A stretch of 64,000 bases of DNA from a virus (taxonomy: Duplodnaviria > Caudoviricetes), in IMG/VR virus record IMGVR_UViG_3300002307_000042, positions 15,431 to 79,430 of that record; one strand, 5' to 3'. Positions 18,401 through 33,400 of the stretch are shown one piece after another. The notes beneath the pieces were generated by a model. The model ran no database searches and was not told the origin of the DNA. It worked only from the letters and a program-made list of their open reading frames with translations. A program made the position numbers and the translations under genes. The stretch's first letter is position 1. Each line of letters opens with the position of its first letter.

Positions 18401-21400
18401 TACTTGAGCAGGATACTCTGTGTAACCTCCAAAGAAGTATACTTTTTGCTGGTCATTGATCGGTGTTACTTCATTTGAAATAACAGCATAGCCATTGTTT
18501 GCATAAGTTACAGATGGCCAACTTCCGCCGGGTCTAGTGTTCACAGTCAATGCTAAATTGTCTCTGACCACACCCGCTACCAATTCTTCTGGACCATATC
18601 CATACTGAAAATCAGCACCCTTGACAATGTGGGCAGCAGGTACTGTACCAAAGATTGATGTATTTGTCCAAGTTACACCATTATCATAGCTTGTCAATAT
18701 AGTGTTGTTGTCTCCTACAACGACAAAACTTGCGTTATCTGATACATATGAGACATTGTTTAAGGTCGCATTAGTGTTAGACGTTCTAACTGTATAGTTA
18801 AAACCGTCTGAAGATGTTTTAATATTTCCATTTTCACCTACTGAAACCCATGTACCATTGGAATATATGATATTATTGATATCATTTCCATCATATGAAT
18901 ACATGATCGTATTAGCAGGAACTGAACCAGCAGTAAGGTCAAGAGTAAGGCCGCCTGCAACAGGTGATATCGTGATCAAAGTAGGACTAATGATACTATT
19001 TACATAGTAATTAGTACCGGCTACGACACTAGAGAAGCTATTACTAAATTGCACTCTCTGATTAATTTGTAATGCCACGTTTGTTGTACTGATTATGTTG
19101 TTGGCAATATTAAAGCCTGTAACATATCCTTGATTTATACCGTACCAAGTTGCAGCATCTAACGAGTCGAACAGAACACCATTTTGTCCCGCAGCTATTA
19201 TGGTTGTACCATCACTTGTAACAGAATACAATGGCAAGCTAGATGTAACATCTGCAATATTCCAATTGATACCATCTGATGAGTAGCAAATTAAGCTAAC
19301 AGGATTCAATGAGATATCAGTAGCTTTACCTACTGCTACTACTCCGGTAAATTGTGCAGTTTGCACTGCTGCAACACCATATAGTTGATAATTTCTAGCA
19401 AAAGGAAATACTAGTACTTCATTCCAGCTATATCCATCAGTACTACGAACAATGTTATCACCTACTGCGATCCATGCGCCGTTAAAATATGTAGCCGATT
19501 GCAATGAAATATTTGCAACATTAATTGATGTTGAATCATAGTTGTTAGTATCCCATGCGTCTGAACCCCAAGGCGTATATGTTCCTGAAGTAGACCAAAT
19601 TCTGCCATTTGTACTAATATAAATAGGTGTTGCAGTATTTTGACTAGTAATTATATACAGACCATTTGCATAGATAATATCCGTAAGATTTATATTGGAA
19701 CTGGCTAGTTCTGCATTTATCCAATTTACACCATCTGGACTATAAACAACTGACGAATAATCAGGCAAGTTTGCAGAAGCATAATATCCATTGTTGTATA
19801 CTATTCCTGTTAAATCAACATTAGTAGGATAGAATGCCTGATCCTGTAGTATAGTATCTAGATCAAACTGCAATGCAGGCTCAAATGCATTTCCTTTGTA
19901 AGTTGAGTTAGGATATGTTAGTCCTTCAAATAATTGTGTTAAATCTTTTCCAGGCATGTTAACAGTTGGTTGATAATATCCTACTACTCTATCAAGTGCA
20001 TTGATTCTGCGATTTCCGCTATCAATCAATTGCCATTTACCAATTACAAATTCCAAATCATTGTTTGATACTAGACAGTTATACAGTCTATTATTGAAAC
20101 GGATGATACTCGGATTAAAATAGAAAGGCTCGCTCAAGAATGCAAAGCTTCCTGCTTTAGCGATTGTCATAGAACCAGTGTTGTCTGATGTAATGTTGAG
20201 CGCGGTGCCATTTGGTGTAGCTGAAATCGTTAGTTGCGTACTGGATACTATGCTCTTAATGTAATATGTTTGTCCTAAAACAATGTCAGAACTAAACATG
20301 GTTCCGGTGAACACTACAGGATCATATTGGTTGAACATTGAAGTATCAGTGACAGTTATGTAATCATTGCTGGCAGTAACTGAAGTTGCTATGGTAGTAG
20401 TAAATCCTACGTAGGGGAAAGTGTCTCCGTTGGCAGGAATAGTCATAAGACTATCGAGGTAAACCTCAAATTGATTAGAGCCACGAATCTTAAAGTAATA
20501 ATTTCTATTTAGGCTATTAGGAGTTCCACTTATAATTGCACTAGTTATTGCACCAGAACCATTAATAGTATTAACTTCTAGAACTAGATCATTTGCCGGA
20601 CTTGATCCACCTACTAAAGATCCAGATATAGAAATAGTATTAGTAATTGCGAAGCCTGATCCACCATTCTGTATTACTACTCTATACCCTCCTAGTATAT
20701 AACTAATGTCAAATGTTGGATTTGACAATATGATTTGATTTAATGTCACCGGGATCACAGGTACTTCGGCAGTCAATGAGATTGTGCTTCCGCTCGGAGT
20801 AGCAGAGAGTGTGATATATGGAACCCCTGTTCCAGTCATTCCTCCACTATCATTTTGTAATACAAAAGTAGCTCCTCCAATTGTTTCTGAAATTGTAAAA
20901 TGGGTGCTGTCAGCAATAGTCTTTACATAATACTGCTGATCAACAACAATATTTCCTAATCCGACCCCAGTGAAAGTGATTGGCATGTTTACAAACAATG
21001 AACTAGTGTCTGTAGTGACATGAATCAGGTTACCGGTGCTGCTAGTATTATCACAAATTACACTAATCGGACCTAAACCAGCGCCACCGGTGTAATCTTT
21101 TATGTAGTATGTTGTACTGGCGCTTAATCCACCGATAGTTGACTGTAGTTGAACAGGCATTCCTGTGTAAAACCAATCAGTATTATTAACTGCTAACCGA
21201 TTTACAGTAGCAATTGAAGCATAAGTTGTAGCAGACAACAACGTTCCTATAGTAATATTAGGTGCAGTTATGTTTGGATACTGCTGCGAAGTTGTATACA
21301 TACCAAACTTCTGCCCATTAACCTGTCCAGGACTTACTGGTAATGCAACGTTAGCAGTCATCAATCCGGTACCGGTGGCCAATTGTACTACATTCTTTTG

Positions 21401-24400
21401 ATTAGTTACTATCATACTGCCGGATGCATTGCTCAATGCAAATGTTGCTCCGTTGAAAATGTCAGTAATTTTAATTTGCGTATTGCTTACGACTTCACTT
21501 ACATAATACAACTGCCCTGATACAATGTTACCAAAGTTGTTTACTGGTGATCCACTGATTATCATTTGGTTGAATATAACAGGGTCGTTTAGTGCAAAGT
21601 CGCTAGATGAACCAACAGTAATAACATTACCTGTACTAGAAGTTGCCGAAACGCTAGTGCTATACACTGGAGTTTCAGGTGCAGTAGTAAACGGTTTATC
21701 ATCAATATTAGTTGCTACGTTAACATCAATTCTTGATACAGTAAATGTTTGATCATCAATTACAGTGTTAACATAATAAACCTGATTTTCTACTAAACCA
21801 CCAAATATTTCTTCGTTAGGTGAAGTAGCAGTAAAATAAAGCAATGTGCCAGGGGTAAACCCGATAGTACCGCCTGTACCGATTGGACTTACTGGAATAT
21901 TAATAGAATTGATACCTGTAGTAGTACCTACCGTGTTAAGAATTCCTGGATAATTAACAGTAAGTATAGGAAGATTCGAAACCTGGGCGGTAAAACAAGT
22001 CATTACTGATGTAGCAGTAGCGTTAGAAATAGGAACAATCGGCCCGTCTACTGTAGAAGAAATAGTAAAATCAATTTCATTGAGTATATCTCGGACGTAG
22101 TAAACTTGATCAGATACAATCCCACCGATAGTTGTACCCCCAAATTTAATTGGCATGTTTTTATATAGGCCTATTGTTGACCCACTTGCATTTGGTTCAA
22201 GTTCACTTAAGTTACTAGGATTTCCATCTTGAGGAGCAAGTCTAATTATGTTATTTGTACTAATAGTTCTTGCTATAATACGAGTGAACGAAGACCAAAT
22301 ATAAGTTTCTTCAATATTAACATCTTCTACCTCAAACACTACACCATGTGCGCTAGCTAACAAATCGTTGATGTTAGGACTTGTGCTTTCTAATGTAATA
22401 TTCGTGCTTGCCAATTTGTCAGTGTTATAGTAACTACCTGCATAATATGCTCCGTAGAAACTTCCTGATTGCCAATCAATGATTTTTGATTGATAGCTAG
22501 TTCTATCAAAACGCAAACCGATATTGTTTTCTCTTACCGGGCTTGACTGAGTAATAGCAATTGCTTTTGCACCAACATTCAATGTCATCCCTGTTGATGT
22601 ACCAATGTCTGTAATTCTGATTCTATGCTCGTCGTTGATAGCATCACTGTATGTTGAATACAACCCAATAATAGTGTCAGGGGTAGTCTCTAATACATTG
22701 ATATAGTACCATTCACCGTCTACTAATCTACCTACACCAGCGCCACTATTATTTTTATACTGGACTAGATCACCGGTTCTTAGATTAGGTGCATACACTC
22801 GTATGTTATGTAGTTTTGAAATAACCATTGTGTTGTCAAAAGTAACAACAATACCTGGTTCAATTTCAATATCAGGTAGAACTGCATACCCTTTACCAGG
22901 GTTGACCACTTTAATTTGTAATACGCTATCAAGATTCATCACTGCTTCTAGCACTGCCGGAACTGTCGGGGCAGGGTAAATAGTAGTATCAATTTTTGCA
23001 GTAACCTTAGGAGGATTCGCATATCCACGGCCGCCGCTTAGTAGTATAACAGCAGGCAAATCAATGTAAATCTCAGTAGAAGGATAGTGATTTTGTGTAG
23101 GAGTGTTATTCACTCCCCTTACTAATCCACTTAGCACATTAGTTGCTTTATCAACATTGTTATACCCGATAAGCTCATCGTCAATCTTGATTACTCCGTT
23201 AATAGGGAAGCCGCTCGCATTCTTGACAATGAGGTACTTGGTACTAAAGGTCACATAACTAGATAGAATTGTAATAGGATAATCTGGTTCTCCTACATAT
23301 CCTGTTATATTTCCTAAATCATCGTATACTGGATTACCTAATGAAAGCCCATAGTTATTATACCACTGTAAGTATTCAGTAGTGTTCCATATAGTATTTT
23401 CATAGTTATATTGGTATTCATTGTCAGTATACTGTGTGTAAACCATCTGGGGACTAATAAATTGCTCATACTGGCTATTATATCTAGATGGTAGATCAAA
23501 GTCAGTAATATCTCCCTCATATACATCCGTCTTAGTATACTTGAACGAGAAGTCTTTAATGACCACGTGATATGGTTTTACTTCGTTGATGTAAGAAGAC
23601 AAGAATGCCTGATCATCAGTCTTGTAAACTTCGTATGGTAATAATTCTCTTATAGTATGAGATACATTTACCAAGCTAGTCTTATTCAACCAAGTAAGAT
23701 AATTTTGACTTTCAAGGGTCTCTGCTTGAATATATTCAAACAATAAGATAAGTGACTTGTTTCTATAAATCAATAGTTCTTGAACAAAGATTTGTTCATT
23801 CAACGCTCTTACTATGTTGCGAGTTTCCTTACTCGGGTAAGAATCAAAACTATCAGTGTCAAAAAAGTTTCCACTATAACCAATTTTACCCGCAGAATAA
23901 TCCCACAAGTTAGATTTAAATTGAATAGTGCCGTTCTCTAGTCCAACACGAGTCCATTGACTATTTCCATCATAGCGGTAGACTTCAAATTTACCCGCGC
24001 CATTCTGTTCTACCTTAGCTAAAGTATTAACCGGCACAGTTAGTGCAGAAAGGTCTGCATAGTATGGAACTTGGATAGTAGTTTTAGTGCCGTTGTTGTA
24101 TCCTATTGCCCACCAATTGGTATATTCCCAATAATCCATAGTGTTGTAGTAATCGCCACTAGTAAATAAGAAGCTCAAATTTTCGCGCAATTCAACAATC
24201 GGGTATTGAATTAGTATGTTATTTGCATAGCTAATATAGTTGTTCAGCGCCAACGTTCTATCATAGAAGAAGCTTTGTCTAGGTACGTTTAGAATACCTT
24301 GCTGCACTAGCTTAGGTAACAATGGATTGGGAACAACTTGGCCTGTTATATCGCTTCCACTGAGACTGTCAAGCATCTTTGCATACAGTGAATGTGGTTC

Positions 24401-27400
24401 TGGGTTAGAATGCGTAGGGAACCCTGGTAAGAAGTCTTCTTCGTTGTTTTCTCTGATCAAACTATACTCAGTGTGAGAGACATCTACCGCTGTACCGGTA
24501 CTATAACCTATATGGAAAATAGTGTCATTGCCGTTGAAGTATTCTCCGCTATTATACATAGCAAATGTGTTAGGCAACAACGGAGCCATAAATGACACCC
24601 CGGACCCAATTGGATTGATGATATAACTAGCAACAACTGTGTCACTTAGTGTCTTGTTAGCCTGTTCAAAAATTATGTTAGTGTTGCGTACCCAGAAATA
24701 ATAAACAGGAACAATTAATCCAGAACTATTAATTGAACTACCTATCACATACTGATTTACATCGTATGGAACTCCAGGGCCTTGATAGTTTACAGGGAGA
24801 ATATAACTACTGATCCACGTATATACTGCTACATCGCTGCCAGGAAATACCATAGCCCAATGGCGACTATTGTACACTACATCATTTTGATGATAGTTCA
24901 TCCATCTTACATTAGTAGTGTCAAACCAGATTTTTCCTACTTGTTCTGCGCCCCATATCATACCAGGAAGATTTGTATAGTTTACATTATATTTTGCTGG
25001 GTCTGCGCTAGAGATAAAATCAATATTTTCTCTAGCAACACCCAACAACTTATTCTGTAGTGGATCTGGATAATCAAAATTCACCAATGTCTGGTTAGTA
25101 GTGGCACTGAATAGCTGAGTGTTTTGAATTTTTTCAATATCCACCACTGGGCTACTTTGTCTATAGACTGCCCAATCATTTTGTCCTGTAATATTGTTGT
25201 AGATTACTACTTTACCGCCTACTGTAACTGGTTGGTAATTAGGACTTCCTACAATAGCAACATTGTTGTTGAAATCAAGTGATAGTCCATAGCCAGGATT
25301 ATATCCATAATCTAATGAGGTGTCTATAACATCTTGTGCATATACATACTTGCCAGGATTATTTAGAGATTCTTTATTGTTTGAAAGATATTCAAAAATA
25401 TAGGCTGCTCCGGCATTTGGATACTGTTCTACGAATCCAGTTGCATTGTTATCAAACAATGTGTCGTTGTCTAGATTAGCATCATCAGTAAAGTCAAAGA
25501 ATGTTCCCTCAAAACGAGTACCAACAGGTGAAGACACTAATAATCCATTATTGTTGTTAAGCTTTACTGTGGTGCCAAACTGAGTAGGTCCGGTGCCATG
25601 TGGCGATGTTATAATTTGTGTATTAGTATAGACTTGTAGACCAAGTTCAGTCAATACATTACTACTAAACGCAGTAATGATTAATTTCTGTTCTACTGGA
25701 CTTAACTCATTATTGATCAATTGAATCATTAATTTATTGTCGGATGTAGCAGCTGCCTGAATATTAATCAATTTATTATTGTTTATTTGCTGAGCAACAC
25801 TCGTAGCATTACCTGTAGTCAAATTTACAGCAAATCCGTTAATCAACACTGTTCTATTAGTCGTCACATTGCATGGATTAGTTCCAATTATATAACCATA
25901 TTTGGCGCTGCCGTTAATATAGCTGTATACTGCTCCTTCAACATTATTGTCGTTGATTTCGTATGGAGAGCCTACTACAATATCGGCGCCTAATTTAGTA
26001 ATGTCTACACTTGTGCCAAATTGTGCATCAATTCTACTAGTAAAACTGCTACTAAACTGTTGCACTAGATTAAACCTATTGTCACTTACGTTTATAATGT
26101 CCCCGACAATTACTGTTCCTAAATAATAGAACATATTGCCAACCACAGCATAGTTATTATCAGTCACTATATTTCCGTTTACGCTCACAAACATTGGATT
26201 ATTTTGAGGATAAACACTGAACGATAGTCCTGTAGCATTAGTCAATACTATAGCAGTACTGGAATTACGTGAACTCTTAATTTTAATAGTAGAACCCACA
26301 ATACTATGAATATAGTAAACAACGTAAGGCATAAGTCCGGTGTTCTTGAAATCATTAAAGGTATTGTTAGTTCCTATTAACATGATTGGCATGTTTACCG
26401 ATAAACTAGTAACATTGTTAAGTGTTATGAAGTTACTGCTTACTACCGAACCAGTCTTACTTGATAAGTTATTAGGGGTCCAAGCTAAACTAAAGCTAGT
26501 ATTCTGAGATGGTAGGGTGCTATTAGGTACTAGGAAGTTTTGAACAGTCCTTGCATATGCATATGCGGAGCCATCATTTTGAGATCCGTAGTATGGTGCA
26601 CCTACTACTAACACGCTTCCATCAATATTAGTTGCGATACTTGATCCAAACAAATCTCCGCTAGTGCCAGCAATAGTGTTAACATAACTATATGTAATTT
26701 GTGTAGCAGCGCCTGTTCCCGAACCTGATCCAGTTGCAACAAAAGTGATTCCAACTTTGTTTTCTATTGCACCAACCGCAGTGAAATCAGTAGTGCCTAA
26801 TGTAGTAATTACATAAGTTTCACCAGAAACAAGATAGCCGGCTGTTACTGGAATATTCTGTTTTTGATAGACATATACATTACCTTTATCTAATGCTGAA
26901 ATATATAACCAATTGCCGTCATCACTAAACGCTATCTTGTTACCCCAATTAACTGAACTATCTCTACTGCTAATCGTCTGTATCAACTGTGCTTGATTAG
27001 TCAATACAGTATCATTGACCACGTATAGCTTGACAGTGTATCCGGAGGTTGGCTGTGATACTGCTACTACATTGTTATTATAAGCTATACTAGTACCAAA
27101 ACTAGAACTTCCGTTAATCGTCTGTACAGTATTGATAGTCTGTGTATAATCATTTAACACGCTACGGTAAACAATTCCATTAGTAGTATCACTATACCAA
27201 TATTCATTTAGTGGAGTGTATGCTACTGCTGCCCCAAATGTTCCGTATAAGTTGTTAGTCTTTTGTTCAAATGGAGTATAGTTGACAGATTTTTGATATA
27301 CTGCCCAGTCACCATCGGTATTGGTATCAACCCAAACTGTGTTCTTAATGAACTCATTTTCAATCAAATTGAGATTTGCAATATCGCTAGGCTGTGATAC

Positions 27401-30400
27401 GCGCTGGCTTTCAAACGCAAATCCTAATCCCCTACCTTGAATACTATTGTTATTGCCGGTAACTAGATTTAGATTGATAATTACTTCGTTTAGATTTATT
27501 ACATCAGTTACCAAATAGTAACCATCAACTCCCGCTGAGAAATTAACAATTGCCATTGGATCATTCTTGTTCAACCCATGTGCGGTGCTAAATGTTACAG
27601 TAGCAGTTTGATTAGTATTTCCTCTGACTTGTATGACCTGTCCAATAATTTTCCAACGGAACACATTCCATTTTTCTTTGAAATTAGCAAGCCACACATA
27701 GTCACCTACGTAAAAATTCTGAATAGGTACAGGGTTATTATAAGTGTTTACTGCAAATGGCAACTGTGCGTAGAAATAACTTGCCATTTTAACATCACTA
27801 TAATTTACATATCCTGCACTAGGGAAAAGTAAACCATTAGTACTAGTGCTAGTAGTTTGCAGAATGTTTGCCTGAGTTACAGAATTTTCATAATTGTACA
27901 ATTGCCAGATAGGAACTTCCTGCATTGCACCCTGGGTACCAACTCCATCAGTCAGACTTATTATAGCAGGATCGCCTGTCATGTTAGCTTGATTGACTCT
28001 GAATTCTACAAAGTTTTGATTTAAAACTCCACCATAGTTACTATTTTGTATGGCCCAGTTTTCATATGTTTCGTATTGTATTCCACCTTGTGGTAAGTTA
28101 GCACCGCTAAATGCGCTTACGGCATTCAATGTTCCTTTGTTCTTGATTAAGTTTTGATAAACTTGAATTTGAGCAGAATCAGTCAAATCAATAGACTGTA
28201 AGTAATCTCTTGGTCTAAATCCAATTAAGCTAAATGATAGCAAATCTGATTCTTGCTGTAGATTTGCATTATAAATGTCATAGTAAAGAACACTTTCATA
28301 AGCACGAGTACTTGGGTTAGGAAGTAGCCCAAACTGAACATCACTGTAGCTGATCTTTTTCCATTTAGTTTCGTCAAAGGTGTTTGATGGTTCAATAATA
28401 GTCAATGAAGTGTAATAATCATTTTTATACATGACAATAGCATTTTTTGTGTACTTGATACTGCCACTATATTCTTGTATATTATCCTGACTTAAAATGA
28501 ATCCCCATGCATTTACTGTCCCGTTCCACTGAGCAGTCTTTAATCCGCGAGTAAAGATTCTATCCTGCTTTAACCCAGTTACTGGACTATAGATTACATC
28601 GTTGAACAACGTTAAGTTATTAAATACCACCCCGTGTTCAAAGTTACTCATGTTGAACTGAGCATAACTGATGCTGTCACCAACGTTGATAGTGTGTGCA
28701 TGGAATCTAGTACCATCACGATTCACACAAATATCTTTCAACTTTATAGGATACAAGTTTTGATTGAGTAAGAAATTACTTTGCTGCAATGTAAGCGGCT
28801 GCACTACCGTGTCTGCCGTGTCAATTACCAAATCCTGAGCAGATGGATTTAGTGTTATGATACTTCCATTCTCCCATCCCTGCTGTGACCAATACAAGAA
28901 CTCAAGAACCATCTGGTCCCATGTAATAGATAGTCCATTGACAACTGTATCAAAAACTACTCCTTTACTAGAAAGATTTGCACCATAGCTCATTAAGAAC
29001 TGGCTTAAATCTTGTGTGTTGTAAAACTTAGTACCATATGGCACTAAAGTTTTTCTATCTGAATAGTTAACTGCTACTTTGACTTTTGCGTTTTCTACTG
29101 ATAGGTTACTTACTTTACCATCAAAGAGTGGGTCTAATATTTCAAAATAAGCAAAGTTTTGACTATTTCCATATACTGTCCAATAGCCTTTATTTTGCTG
29201 TACGATTACTGAACTAAAGACAATTCTATCATATGGCTGATTTTCGTACAACAAGATGTCATAGCTCTCTTGAGGTATTAGTAATGATGAGTTATTACTG
29301 TTGGCAGAACTTTTCTCCACATAGAAATTCATCAATTCTTTAGAGGAATATCCTGCCATTCTGTAAACCAATCTTACATCAATGTTGTTTAACATAGTTG
29401 TAATATTAGTGGTACTATTAATACCTTGCTGCTTTTCATAATCAACTATCCAGTTGATGAATGAAGTCTTAGGAGTACCGTCACCGTATATTTCAATATT
29501 GCTTACAACTAAATGTGAGCGATCATTCACTAGATATTGATTAAATTCACTATTATACTTGTAGTTATCCAAGTCTACTGCATAGTTAAAGAATTCAGCA
29601 GGACGAGTCAACGCAAAGATTTTGATTAAATCAAATGGCCAAGTTGAACTACGGCGATAGCTTAATTCTACTGGACCAACGTCACCCACTTTCCATTCAG
29701 ACTGGAAAGTAGTAGCTGTATAGTTTCCTACGATAGCATCAAACGGACTCAACAAATTACCTGCACTGTCAACAGGAATTATTTGTGATAGCCCTGGGCG
29801 AGCTAGTTCAGGGACAATGTAGGGGTTACCGTTGTTATAAATGTATCCGTTTTCAATGTCATTCCACAGTATCAAGTTAGTGCTAGTGTATGGTGCAGGA
29901 CCATAACGACTAGTCCACCACGTGGGCATTTCACTGAAGCCTAGCATTTGCCATGGCGTTAAGTTAGGAGCAAAAGTATCGTAGAAATAACTGTATACTC
30001 CTCTCCAATATCCTTGGTCTATTGCAGAATTATCTAATTTATTTGCACTATTTCTATAGTTATAAGTGTACTCATTATTCTTGCTAAAGTACTGAGTCTT
30101 GTAATCAAGTCTATTCTGCCCTACCCAGTCCAAGAAGTTAGGAGTATACATTTCAATAAATTCATCGTAAGTGTACGTTGCTGTACCTTGTCTGAAGTAT
30201 CCAGGTAATACTTCATAATCACGAATAGGGACATTAGTGCTTAATTTGATATTATTATAAATTCTTTGTTCAAACTCTAGTAATGCTTGGTCTCTAAAAT
30301 CAATCAATACATTATTAACTGAATCATATTCGCCATATAGTTTTGTATATGACCCATCGTGTCCTTTAATAAAGTAAGTTGGGATTAGATAATCAGTCTC

Positions 30401-33400
30401 TAAGACAACACTTGGTTCAAACAACGGATATAGTCCCAACTTACTAGGAGTATAAGGAACGTATGATCCATATGTCTGATTGAATTCGTTGATGCGAATT
30501 AGATCGCCATCCAATAGATCAGTCTCAATCGTTAGTGAAGGACTATCAGTACTAATAGTATAGTCAATACCTTTTAATAACTGATATTCATACCCATCTC
30601 TAATCAAGTATACAAGTACGCCTTGATAATTGGCAGATGAAAAATTATATACAGTGCTGAGTGGGAAAATACTACGATCTAGACCATTGTTGAAAACGTA
30701 TGTGTTGCTGATATACGGCGAACCATTTGGTAACATATCAGACCAGAAGAAGCTATTAATTTCACTCTTTGATGCTGCAATTTGTGCTAGTGCAGTGTCT
30801 AATATTGTTGAAGGAGTATAAGTCTGATCAAAACCAATAGAGTCAACCGTGCTTACAATCTGTTGCTTGTAAGTGATATATTCTCTACTATTGTAAATTA
30901 AACTGTCAAACAAATTATGATATGGGGTTCGCAAAAATGCGCCAGGTAGTACTAGTGAAGCACTATTCTGAATTATCTGAGTACCATATCCTAGTAGGTC
31001 ACCGCAGTCACGATAGTTATTGTTTCCAAAAATTGGACCTACTGTGTTAGGAGCGTTACCAAAAATCTGCTCATAGTGATTTCTTATATCACCCAAGTTC
31101 ACTGTAGTCAAGTCATTGTTCAATGGATTGTTAGTTAAGTTTACCGGTACCTGATAGTAAGCAGTATTGCTTACTTGATCACTCAATACCAAAACTTGTA
31201 TAGGGGTGCTAACAGTAGGTTTATTGATCAATTGAATCGTGGTTGTATCAGTACCAATTGAATATGTAAAGTCTACATTGTTCGTATCGTCTGTAGAATG
31301 TCCTCCACTCTGATAGACGTTGTTATAAAATACTCTTACTCTTGGCCAGCCCTTCTCTCCTACAAGTAGATTGGGTAATGCTGCGATATCGCACTGCAAG
31401 TAGGTTACTGGGTTAGCGATATCATAGTCAAAGTAAAATACCTGATACTGTACACTAGAAGCAACCGCAGTTTCCCACCCTAGCTTTCTAGTATAAGTTT
31501 CGGGTGTATTGTAATTATATACATACCCGATGTTAATATTTTCAGTAATAGGATTACTGTTTTGTACATAGTTAAAAGTATCTTCGTTAATGTTTACATC
31601 AAAACTGATATCCCCGATGCTACTAACTGAGCTATATGCAATAGGGAAGCCCAATACAGTATCACTAGTACCAGTTCCTACTTTGTAAGAAAATAGCTTA
31701 GTACCGGTAAAACTAGTACCAACATAAATGTCATTGTCACTCAAGCTAATACCATTTTTATCAAAGATATCAAACAATGGTGCCTGATTTACTTGAGTTT
31801 TTTGCTGACTTTCTTTCCAAACATTACCATCAAAATAGAAGCTCTTACCTTGATTATTGTAACCTCTGTAAACAATAACCTGAGTATTAGTAGAAATAAC
31901 TCCATCTTCGGCTAATGTTAATGTGATTACTTGATCACCACCATTAGTGACTGTGCTGTATTCAGCAACATAAATTTTGTTTCTGACATTTACATCATTA
32001 TCATTAGAGAACACTACTCTGGCACCAGGAAAGAGACTATAGTTTTCAGTAGGATTGGCGCTCGCAACAATTGATATATTAGAGGTGTATGGTATTGTTT
32101 GTGGAGTAACCCATGCAACAGTCAATGTATAATTAGTGCCATCATTGGTCAACTGAGTGATCTGAGTATTATTAGGCAATATATTGAGTGCATCACTAAT
32201 ATACCTAGTATCTTGTATATTACCATATACTGCATTAATAGGAACTACTACTGTAGTACTAGTGCCATTAGTAACACCCATAATATTTGCATTTTGTGTA
32301 GAATATACTTGAATGTCAGGGTAATATACTAAACTATCAGGTACTGTTGACAATGCACTATTATTCTTTGTGTCAAAGAAGTCAATTGGACTCTTACCAA
32401 CAATACCGGTATCAAATAATTGCAGGTTTGGATAAAATTCAATGATTGGTCTTTTAGCTTTATTATCACCATTTGCAATATTTGCAATGCTAGGATTTGA
32501 ATTATATTCTGCTGACTTGTTGATGACATCAATATGAAACCAGCGGTTGCTGCGAGACCATGCATTTCTACTATAGCTGTTTCTAGCAATAGTGATGTAA
32601 TCTTGGAGTACTGGCAAATACAAGTTTATTTCAAAGTCACCTATATCATATGGCAAAGTATCATAGGGGTTATAGATGCCCTGAGTAAACTTTTCAGGAC
32701 ACACTAAATCACCAACAGGAATCAATTCAATTGCAGTACCTACACCTTCAACATAATATTCTCCCTCTAGATAGCTAGTTGGGATTACGTCGCCATTGAA
32801 AGCTACTTTAAGTCCATTAGTAAATGCTACGCCGTTTGAACTTGTAAACTGTTTGTGCCCTAAAATATCAGTTTCTACATTTAATGTGTTAGTTAAATTA
32901 CTGTCAATGATTTTGATAATGCCAACTCTATCGGGGTATGTGCCATCCTGATAGTAGAGTGTTGTCAGCGGAGCAGTGATATAGGGAATTAAATTGATAT
33001 ATCCATTACTATCACGATACAAAGGTCTATTGGCATAAACAGTACCAAAGTTTGGGGTAATCTTCTCAAGTTCATTAATAGTGCCGTCTGGGACAAGTCT
33101 AAGAACAGGATCATTATTGCCAGTAGGTAGATATTGAATTCTATAATATGTTGCGTTAACACTGGTATAGAATCCGTCTTCTAATAGACCTTGATTTACA
33201 TTAGCAATCATTGATCCTGAATCAGTAGTAAGCGTTAAAGGAGTTCCTCCCAATGTGGTGCTAATTTGGATAGTATTAGATGTTTTACTTGTAATAAAGT
33301 AAACTTGTCCTGGGACTACGCCACCGAACGAAGGATTATTAAAACTAATAGTCTGTCCTACAACTAACCCGTCAGTGTTTCCGCTAGCTAATGTAAAGGA